Below are positions 1 through 7,113 of a DNA stretch of 64,000 bases, piece by piece. Each line of letters starts with the position of its first letter. Positions within the stretch are counted from its first letter, which is position 1. The translations under genes were made by a program, and so were the position numbers. The notes beneath the pieces are model-generated. The model did no database searches. It was not told the origin of the DNA and saw only the letters and a list, made by a program, of their open reading frames with translations. This stretch comes from Dehalococcoidia bacterium. GTDB lineage: Bacteria > Chloroflexota > Dehalococcoidia > Lucifugimonadales > SHYF01. The stretch is taken from positions 22,833 through 86,832 of the forward strand of contig CBDFJM010000004.1 in assembly GCA_965248595.1 (NCBI GenBank). The letters are read 5' to 3'.

Positions 1-50
1 GGGCTTGGGGTCAATATTAGCCTGTTGCAGAATTCAATGTCTCGGTTTAC

Positions 51-170
51 AATCCGCCTGACATGGCCCCTAACTTCTTCGTGGATAAGGGATTCAAGTT
101 CTTCACTATGCGCTGGGCTAAATGGGTGATAGGAGGCGTCCAGAATGGTCTGGCTGGCATAAAGAGATAA
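51..170 (+). pseudogene. 3' fragment of an HpcH/HpaI aldolase paralogue
   Basis: Translates NPPDMAPNFFVDKGFKFFTMRWAKWVIGGVQNGLAGIKR*, matching the C-terminus of 272..1021; an in-frame TAG at 18-20 upstream shows it is only a remnant. Confidence 0.75.
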
Positions 171-189
171 TATCCCTAGGCACAACAGG

Positions 190-236
190 GCTTTGCAAGC
201 AGGGGGTCAAGGGTTCGAATCCCCTCAGGTCGACCA
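190..236 (+). other. 3' half of tRNA-Ala(TGC), att-like remnant
   Basis: GCTTTGCAAGCAGGGGGTCAAGGGTTCGAATCCCCTCAGGTCGACCA contains anticodon loop TTTGCAA, T-arm GGTTCGAATCC and ACCA end; no D-arm or 5' acceptor strand upstream. Confidence 0.7.
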
Positions 237-271
237 CTCTTATTTATTGTGTAAACTGGAGGTTTTGTCAA

Positions 272-1021
272 ATGAACGCTGTGAAAGATCTTCTGAAATC
301 TGGAAAGACCGTCATCGGAACGGGCGGGTCTGCGTCTGGCGATATGGCCATGCTGGCTGATGCCGGTTTTGATTTCCTACTTTTTGATACCCAACACTCA
401 CCCGTGGAGGTCAAACAGTTAATCCCAGCCCTCCAATCGATGCAAGGAAAGAAGGCTGCGCCGATCATCCGTGTTAGTGCAAACCGTGCAGATCTAATCT
501 GCTTCGCTCTGGACGCCGGTGCTAGAGGCATCATCGTGCCCATGGTCAACACAAAAGAAGAGGCCATGGCTATGGTGAGGGCCTGCAAATACGCCCCACT
601 TGGTGATCGCAGCAACTCAGGGGTCCGTGGTGAATGGGGTGAGAGTAAAGACTTCCGCGGTTATCTGGATATGGTTAATGACGAGCTTTTAATCATTCCG
701 ATGATCGAGACACAACAAGCTATCGCTAATATAGACGAGATACTCAGTGTTCCAGGGATAGACGTCCTCTTAGTTGGCCCATCAGATCTCTCCATCGAAC
801 TTGGTGTGCCGCTCGATTATCCGTGCGATACGTACCAACAAGGGTTGGATAAAATTGCTGCTGCCTGCAAAAACCACGGAGTGGTACCAGGTATGTTCTT
901 CATCCCGCCCGGCATGGACCCCAATTTCTACGTGGACAAGGGATTCAAGTTCTTCACCGTGCGCTGGGCTCCATGGGCGACAGAAGCCATCCAGACTCGT
1001 CTAGCCGGCATAACGAGATAA
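272..1021 (+). CDS. HpcH/HpaI aldolase/citrate lyase family protein
   Basis: GFDFLLFDTQHSP, ALDAGARGIIVPMV, MIET and GPSDLS motifs; GGAGG RBS before ATG 272. Confidence 0.92.
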   Translation: MNAVKDLLKSGKTVIGTGGSASGDMAMLADAGFDFLLFDTQHSPVEVKQLIPALQSMQGKKAAPIIRVSANRADLICFALDAGARGIIVPMVNTKEEAMAMVRACKYAPLGDRSNSGVRGEWGESKDFRGYLDMVNDELLIIPMIETQQAIANIDEILSVPGIDVLLVGPSDLSIELGVPLDYPCDTYQQGLDKIAAACKNHGVVPGMFFIPPGMDPNFYVDKGFKFFTVRWAPWATEAIQTRLAGITR

Positions 1022-1163
1022 TATCCCTAGGCACAACAGAGCTTTGCAAGCAGGGTGGAACCGTCATAGGTGAGGGAGATCGGCAAGGTTGCCGAGTGGT
1101 TGCTGGGCCTTCATCCCCTAGTGCCGTTAATGCTGACTCCATGATCATCGGATGGTAGTAAGT

Positions 1164-1209
1164 GATAACCCTGTCAACCCTTGACAAGGTTATCCGCCGA
1201 CGTTATTCT
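1164..1209 (+). promoter_or_regulatory. Sigma70-type promoter with overlapping palindromic operator
   Basis: TTGACA(1181)-N17-TATTCT(1204); 14-bp inverted repeat GATAACCCTGTCAA-ccc-TTGACAAGGTTATC (1 mismatch). Confidence 0.65.
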
Positions 1210-1260
1210 GAAAATCGACAGGTAGACGCTCGTTACTCGCCGAGTTACGGGTGACCATCG

Positions 1261-1294
1261 GAAAAGCGGGCCAAGCGGCTCGCTTTTCTTTATT
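1261..1294 (+). terminator. Intrinsic terminator
   Basis: GAAAAGCGGGCC-aagc-GGCTCGCTTTTC hairpin followed by TTTATT. Confidence 0.65.
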
Positions 1295-1316
1295 CGCTAT
1301 GGAGAAGTTACGGCAA

Positions 1317-1514
1317 ATGCCCGGCTCAAACTTAAGAATCAGACCGTATCGCGAGCCCGATCATGCGGCAGTGATAGACCTTTGGAACGTGGCCTTTCCC
1401 GACCCAACCTGGTGGAATGATCCATCGACGATCATCGCAAAGAAGCTGGCTGTCCAACGGGATCTTTTCTTAGTGGCGGAGTTGGGCGAGGTACGAGTTA
1501 GAAGAAAGAATTAG
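1317..1514 (+). pseudogene. Truncated YpeA-like GNAT acetyltransferase
   Basis: IRPYREPDHAAVIDLW...WNDP...IAKKLAVQRDLFLVAE N-terminus; ends before the acetyl-CoA binding motif. Confidence 0.7.
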
Positions 1515-1768
1515 CATGGGGAAACTGGTTTCTAAACGACTGGGGGACATCCGCTGAGGGCGCTGCCCTCTGAAATATGCAACACGCTCGGACTGTCCAT
1601 AGGGGCCGACCCTCACGGTGATCAACACGGTTCCGCCTCCGCCACATTGTTAGTCATGAGGATATGGCCTCGGAGGGGTTTTGAATTCCAGGACAGGCTG
1701 GTTTGCGAGCCACGCTATTAGTGCTATATTTGCGGCGCTCGCAAATTCTCCCATGTTGGGAGGTGGCA

Positions 1769-2215
1769 ATGTCTCAAGATATCGATACCAGTCCTTCCTC
1801 CAATGTTAACTGGCGAGAACCCACGACAGAGGACAAGAGCAAGAGGCGTTTTTGGGCGGGTGGCAGGCGACTGGTATCTGTGTGTGAACTTGGCTGGCAA
1901 CCATTTGGGAGTCAGAGGGGTCAGGTAGTAGTCTGCTTGTATATCCTGAGAGGAAGAGTCAACGCTAAATGGTGGGTGGCGAGCTACGACCAATCCCGTT
2001 GGATCGACATCAGGTTCGGCGGACTTCCGAATAGTATGCACCTGAAGCTAGGGTACGCCTTGAAAGGGCGCTCTTGGCTGTCTCGTGAAGAAGCTCAAAG
2101 CACTCTGATACTGGAAATACTGAGAGGGAGAGTTCTCGCCATGCAAGTTGAGAGAGAGGAGAATATGGAGGCGGCGGTTCACGCGTGGTTCGAGGCAAAG
2201 GAGAATGCCCATTAG
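1769..2215 (+). CDS. Hypothetical protein
   Basis: GGAGGT RBS before ATG 1769; 148-aa ORF with no recognised motif. Confidence 0.5.
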   Translation: MSQDIDTSPSSNVNWREPTTEDKSKRRFWAGGRRLVSVCELGWQPFGSQRGQVVVCLYILRGRVNAKWWVASYDQSRWIDIRFGGLPNSMHLKLGYALKGRSWLSREEAQSTLILEILRGRVLAMQVEREENMEAAVHAWFEAKENAH

Positions 2216-2281
2216 TAGTCTGCAAAAAGGTTGCCACCTGGCGTACCCTTCGGCCAGTGTAAGCGCACAAGACCTGTGATA

Positions 2282-2310
2282 TTGACACCCTGTTTCTGCA
2301 CTCATACGAT
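2282..2310 (+). promoter_or_regulatory. Sigma70-type promoter
   Basis: TTGACA-N17-TACGAT upstream of 2355. Confidence 0.65.
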
Positions 2311-2354
2311 GCACCCAGGTTATTCCAGGGGTATGCCCAAGAAAGGGGTGTGGC

Positions 2355-2894
2355 TTGCTGTTCAGCATAGATGGGTTGGTTCCCAAGGTCCATGAGTCTG
2401 CCTTTATTGCTCCCACGGCGGTTCTGATTGGCGATGTGGAGGTGCAGGCCAACGCCAGTGTATGGTGGGGGTGTGTGCTCCGAGGCGACGCTGGCAAGAT
2501 CGTCATCGGCGAGGGGACGAATGTACAGGATGGGTCTGTCCTTCACGAGGCGACCATCATTGGCAAGGAGTGCGTCATTGCCCACCTGTGCCTGGTCCAC
2601 CGGTGTGAGGTGGGCGACAACGTGCTCATCGGCAACGGCGCTCTGGTATTCGGCCCCGTGGTGATTGGCGCAGGCTCTGTGATTGGCGCTGGGGCGGTAG
2701 TCGTGCCCAGCACCAAGGTGCCGCCCAACACTGTGATGATGGGGGTCCCAGCCAAGCCCGCCGGCGAGGCCGCCGAGCGCCATCACCAGCAGACGCAACG
2801 GCTGGCAGCGATGTATCAACGGAACCGGGCGCGGTACTTGCAGGGTCTGACCCCCGTGGGGGACTGGAGCCAGTGGTTAAAAGTGGTCGAATAA
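2355..2894 (+). CDS. Gamma carbonic anhydrase family (hexapeptide repeat) protein
   Basis: FIAPTAVLIGDV, LRGD, NVQDGSVLH motifs, three His ligands, GVPAK. Confidence 0.9.
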   Translation: MLFSIDGLVPKVHESAFIAPTAVLIGDVEVQANASVWWGCVLRGDAGKIVIGEGTNVQDGSVLHEATIIGKECVIAHLCLVHRCEVGDNVLIGNGALVFGPVVIGAGSVIGAGAVVVPSTKVPPNTVMMGVPAKPAGEAAERHHQQTQRLAAMYQRNRARYLQGLTPVGDWSQWLKVVE

Positions 2895-2915
2895 AATAAT
2901 GGAGGGATAGAAGCC

Positions 2916-3818
2916 ATGTTTACGCGCATTCATCACCTGGGACTGGTGGTAGACGATCAGGAGGCTGCCAAGAAGCTGTGGCTGGATACATACGGCTTCA
3001 AGGTGGACGAGTCGCGGTCGCCGTTGCCAAAGGGACGCCACGTGGACCTGGACGACGTCAACATATTGGACATCCCGGTGGGGGAGAGCGAGCTGGAGGT
3101 CAACGTGGCCAACGACCCCAACAGCGGCACCGGACGGTTCCTGGCGCGGCGAGGGCCTGGGCCGCACCACATTTGCATGTACTCAGATGATATTGACGCT
3201 GACGCCAAGCGGCTGTCGGATGGCGGACTGCAAGCTGTCGTGTCGCCGAGAGGAAGTCGGGACCAGAATGGCGGCTCGCGGGTGGCCTTCTATCACCCAC
3301 GGGGCAACCTTGGCTTCCTGCTGGAAGTGTGGCAGAACATGCCGCTCGACGGTGTTGTGCCGCAGCCGCCCAGGGGCATAGGGGGCCGCTTGACCAAGAT
3401 CCACCACATAGGCGTGGTATGCGCCACTCTGGAGGAGGCGAGGCACCTGTTCGTGGACGTTTACGGCTTGAAGGTGGACGAGGCGCATACACCTTTGCCC
3501 GATGGCCGGCATGCGACCAACGACAACGTACGCATCCTGGAGTTCCCAATCGGCGAATCGAGGATCGAGGCCACGGTGCCTCAGGACGAGACCAGCGGGA
3601 CGGCGCGGTTCCTGGCGTCGCGAGGGCCAGGGATACACCACGTCTGCTTCTACTCCGAGGACATAGAGCACGACGCCAACCGTCTGGCGGCGGCGGGCCT
3701 GCAGCAGATAGGCACGGTGACGGTGGCGGAAGATGGCAAGGCCAAAGTGGCGTTCTTCCATCCCAAGAGCAACTTTGGAATCCTGGTGGAGTTGTGGCAG
3801 GACGTGGCGGATAGGTAA
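2916..3818 (+). CDS. Tandem two-domain VOC protein (methylmalonyl-CoA epimerase-like)
   Basis: Two copies of IHH.G.V ... RFLA.RGPG.HH.C ... AF.HP..N.G.L.E.WQ. Confidence 0.88.
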   Translation: MFTRIHHLGLVVDDQEAAKKLWLDTYGFKVDESRSPLPKGRHVDLDDVNILDIPVGESELEVNVANDPNSGTGRFLARRGPGPHHICMYSDDIDADAKRLSDGGLQAVVSPRGSRDQNGGSRVAFYHPRGNLGFLLEVWQNMPLDGVVPQPPRGIGGRLTKIHHIGVVCATLEEARHLFVDVYGLKVDEAHTPLPDGRHATNDNVRILEFPIGESRIEATVPQDETSGTARFLASRGPGIHHVCFYSEDIEHDANRLAAAGLQQIGTVTVAEDGKAKVAFFHPKSNFGILVELWQDVADR

Positions 3819-4018
3819 GGGGATGGAGGGCATGCAGGCATACAGACGGGCAAAGGCGTTCATGGCAGTCTGCTAGGCTGCTGGTGATGGCGTGGGATAG
3901 GTGAAGGTCGTAGGAGAAGCAATACGTCCCTAGTCGCCGCCAAGCTCATCCAGGAGATTGCCGATAGCAGGCTAAGTGCGAGGGCCGTTGACCATGGGAC
4001 GTAGGTGCTAGCTAATTC

Positions 4019-5284
4019 CTACGTGATTGACAGCTCATATATGTAGGCCGCGCCGGTGTCCGCCCCTGCGTCATCGTCTCTGGGAGCGCCCGCCATAGCC
4101 GTTGTTCCGTATATGGTTACCGACTCTCCGTACCGGTCATTCTTCGCTCCGTCGCCAGCCGTGAGCTTGGCCTCCTGAGTCCATGTAGTGCCGCTCCGTT
4201 GAAAGACGTAGGCAGCGCCCGAGTCATGTTTATTACCATCACCCAGGGAAGCACCTACAACGACCAGGTTGCCACTGATATCTACCGAAACTCCAAAGGA
4301 GTTCCCTCTTTTACCGTCGCTGGCCTCAAGCTTGGCCTCCTCGGTCCAGGTGCTGCCGTTCCACTTGAAGACATAGGAGGCACCAGTATCTTGGCTTCCC
4401 AAGGTTCCCACTCCGAATGCCCCCACGATGGCCGTATCTGCTTCAACGGAGACAGAGAAGCCAAATTTATCGTCCGTGTCGGTGTCGCTGCCGGTCAGCT
4501 TTTGTTCCTGAACCCAGGCGCTGCCGTTCCACCGGAAAACGTACGCCGCTCCAGAATCGGTGCCTATGTAGTCAGCGTAGGCCGATCCTACGACAATCAC
4601 ATCGCCGTTGAGGGAGACAGAATACCCAAATAAGCCACCAGCGATGCCATCGCTGGGCAGGAGCTTGGCCTCCTGGGCCCAGGCGCTGCCGTTCCAGCGG
4701 AAAACGTATACCGACCCGGAGTCCAGGCCCAGGTCGTCGTCAAAGGGTGAACCTATCACGGCCACGTTTCCAACAAGAGACACAGAAAAGCCGAACTGGT
4801 CGGCCTCTGCAGTATCGCTGCCTATCAGTTTGGCTTCCTCGGTCCAGATGCTAGAGGCGCGGCGGAAAACGTAGGCCGAACCGGAGTGAGACCCGTCGTC
4901 GTCGTCAAAAAAGGAGCCGATGAGCACCACGTCTCCATCTATGGCAACGGCCTGGCCGAAGAGGTCGTTGGCCGCGGCGTCGCTGGGAACCAGCTTTGCC
5001 TCCTGCGGCCAAGCGCTTCCGGACTTGGTAAATATATAGGCTGCGCCAGAGTTCGCACCCGCCGGGGTATCGGCACGATAGGCCCCCGACACTGCCGTTT
5101 CGCCGCTAAGAGCCAGGGAGTTGGACACCCTGCCGAAGAGGTCATCTGCGGCGGCATCGCTGGCCACTATCTTTGTCTCCGATGTAACTGTTACAGCGGC
5201 CAGTACAGTGGCTACCATGCCCACTGCGGCCAGCAGGGCGACGGCCAGGGAAATGACCCGTGTGAGGGCCTTACGGTTGTTCAT
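4019..5284 (-). CDS. Secreted FG-GAP repeat beta-propeller protein
   Basis: Signal peptide; about seven KL.ASD...D.FG.SV...G....GA...D..SGAAY.F repeats; GGAGGT RBS before ATG 5284. Confidence 0.88.
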   Translation of the reverse strand: MNNRKALTRVISLAVALLAAVGMVATVLAAVTVTSETKIVASDAAADDLFGRVSNSLALSGETAVSGAYRADTPAGANSGAAYIFTKSGSAWPQEAKLVPSDAAANDLFGQAVAIDGDVVLIGSFFDDDDGSHSGSAYVFRRASSIWTEEAKLIGSDTAEADQFGFSVSLVGNVAVIGSPFDDDLGLDSGSVYVFRWNGSAWAQEAKLLPSDGIAGGLFGYSVSLNGDVIVVGSAYADYIGTDSGAAYVFRWNGSAWVQEQKLTGSDTDTDDKFGFSVSVEADTAIVGAFGVGTLGSQDTGASYVFKWNGSTWTEEAKLEASDGKRGNSFGVSVDISGNLVVVGASLGDGNKHDSGAAYVFQRSGTTWTQEAKLTAGDGAKNDRYGESVTIYGTTAMAGAPRDDDAGADTGAAYIYELSIT

Positions 5285-5436
5285 GTTGCTTACCTCCATA
5301 ATGCATACGCTCGCCCGCGGCTGGGCGGATTCTTTCAAGTTTCCTCCGATTCATGTGTGCTAGCTAAGTAAGAATGGCTATCTTAGCAGGCCAGGACGAC
5401 TAATGGTAGTAATCAACTGACTTATGTAGGCCATCG

Positions 5437-6804
5437 AGTAGAGTCCCAGGAAGTGGTGTAACAAGAGTAGAGGGTCTGGATGAAGAGAGACCACCACGTC
5501 ATCCTTAGCGGGCAAAGACGAGCCTGAGAAAGGAGGACAACGGTGGTCAAGGAAAGGATGGACCTGCTTGAGCTAATGCGCAAGAGGGGAGTCGACGGTG
5601 ACGTGGACTTTCTACGAGAGGCACTGAGAGTGCTGGTCGAGGGGATCATGGAGGCTGATGTGTCATCGAGGACCGGCGCTGGGTATGGAGAACGCAACCC
5701 TGAGCGGGTGACCCAGCGCAACGGGTACCGGTCTCGAGCATGGGACACTCGCGTAGGGACCATGGAGTTGCAGATACCCAAGCTGAGGGAGGGGAGCTAC
5801 TTTCCGAGCCTGCTGGAGCCACGGCGTCGCAGCGAGCGAGCTCTGCTGGCGGTGATCCAGCAGGCGTATGTGGAGGGTGTATCGACGAGGCGAGTGGATG
5901 ATCTGGTCAAGGCTCTTTGGTGCGAGGGTATCTCAAAGAGCCAAGTGTCGCGTATCTGCCAGGAGCTGGACGGGGTGGTGGAGAGCTTCCTGGGTCGGCC
6001 GCTGGACGGCGGATCATATCCCTACCTGTGGCTGGACGCACTAACCCAGAAGGTCAGAGAGGCCGGTAGGATAGTCAACGTCAGCGTGGTGGTGGCGACG
6101 GCGGTCAATAGCGAGGGCAAGCGTGAGATCGTTGGGATGGACGTGGGTACCAGTGAAGACGGCGCCTTCTGGTTAGCCTTCCTGCGCTCACTGTCGGCCA
6201 GGGGCCTCGGCGGGGTGGAACTGGTGGTATCGGACGCTCATCAGGGACTCAGGGATGCCATCGCAACTGTCTTCGGTGGGGCCAGTTGGCAGCGGTGCCG
6301 CACCCACTTCATGACCAACCTGCTCACTCGGGTCCCCAGGAGCGCTCAGCCCTGGGTGGCCACCATGGTACGCACCATCTACCAGCAGCCGTCCCCTCAG
6401 GAGGTGCATGCCCAACTCGAGCGGGTGATTGCTCAGCTCCAGGACCCGTTCCCACAGGTCGCCTCTCGACTGGACGAGGCTGGACCCGACGTCCTGGCCT
6501 TCTCCAGCTTCCCACTCGCCCACTGGAAGAAGATCTGGTCCAACAACCCCCTGGAGCGTCTCAACAAGGAGATACGGCGCCGCACCGATGTGGTGGGCAT
6601 CTTCCCTAACCGCCCAGCTGTCCGTCGCCTGGTCGGCTCCGTCCTAGCTGAGCAGCACGACGAGTGGGCCGTCGGCCGTCGATACATGACACAGGAGGTA
6701 ACCACCTCCAACGAAGCTCTACCCAGAGCCGAACTCGCAGAGGCAGCGGCCTAGACGATATCAACAGGATGACGTACTCTTACACCACTCTATGGGACGT
6801 GACC
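5437..6804 (+). mobile_element. IS256-family insertion sequence, copy 1
   Basis: Imperfect IRs AGTAGAGTCCCAGGAAGTGGTGTAA / GGTCACGTCCCATAGAGTGGTGTAA; near-identical to three other copies in the window. Confidence 0.93.
5543..6754 (+). CDS. IS256 family transposase
   Basis: RNGYR, YLWLDA, VSDAHQGL, QRCRTH, NPLERLNKEIRRRT motifs. Confidence 0.95.
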   Translation: MVKERMDLLELMRKRGVDGDVDFLREALRVLVEGIMEADVSSRTGAGYGERNPERVTQRNGYRSRAWDTRVGTMELQIPKLREGSYFPSLLEPRRRSERALLAVIQQAYVEGVSTRRVDDLVKALWCEGISKSQVSRICQELDGVVESFLGRPLDGGSYPYLWLDALTQKVREAGRIVNVSVVVATAVNSEGKREIVGMDVGTSEDGAFWLAFLRSLSARGLGGVELVVSDAHQGLRDAIATVFGGASWQRCRTHFMTNLLTRVPRSAQPWVATMVRTIYQQPSPQEVHAQLERVIAQLQDPFPQVASRLDEAGPDVLAFSSFPLAHWKKIWSNNPLERLNKEIRRRTDVVGIFPNRPAVRRLVGSVLAEQHDEWAVGRRYMTQEVTTSNEALPRAELAEAAA

Positions 6805-7084
6805 ACACATTGCCGGGGTCAAGAGTTGCTTTGGCGTCAAGCAACGCTTCGCAATCGGCGATTAGGCCGGAATTGGCGGAAGGGTCGGGTACGGCAACGC
6901 TGTCGTCGCACCGCGACTGCGCCTGTGCCGTACTAGGTGATGCAATGGCAAGCGCCAATGTCAGGAAGAAAACAGCGATGAGCAAGACCCGTCGCCGGCT
7001 GGGGTTGCGTTTGCCGAGGCCAAACTCGGGGAGGGTAGGTATGTTACAACTTGTCACCAAGGTCTTCCTGTTCCGTAGTTTCAC
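6805..7084 (-). pseudogene. Secreted/surface protein N-terminus truncated by IS256
   Basis: Signal peptide then CDDSVAVPDPSANSGLIADCEALLDAKATL Cys-capped module; the frame runs into the IS IRR. Confidence 0.65.
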
Positions 7085-7113
7085 TCCGACGGATGCGACA
7101 GTAGCTTCCTCTC

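Noticed and set aside
190-236. Functional tRNA-Ala gene
   Set aside because: No 5' acceptor strand or D-arm
122-271. 50-aa N-terminal extension of the aldolase ORF
   Set aside because: It overlaps the paralogue remnant and the tRNA fragment; the RBS supports ATG 272
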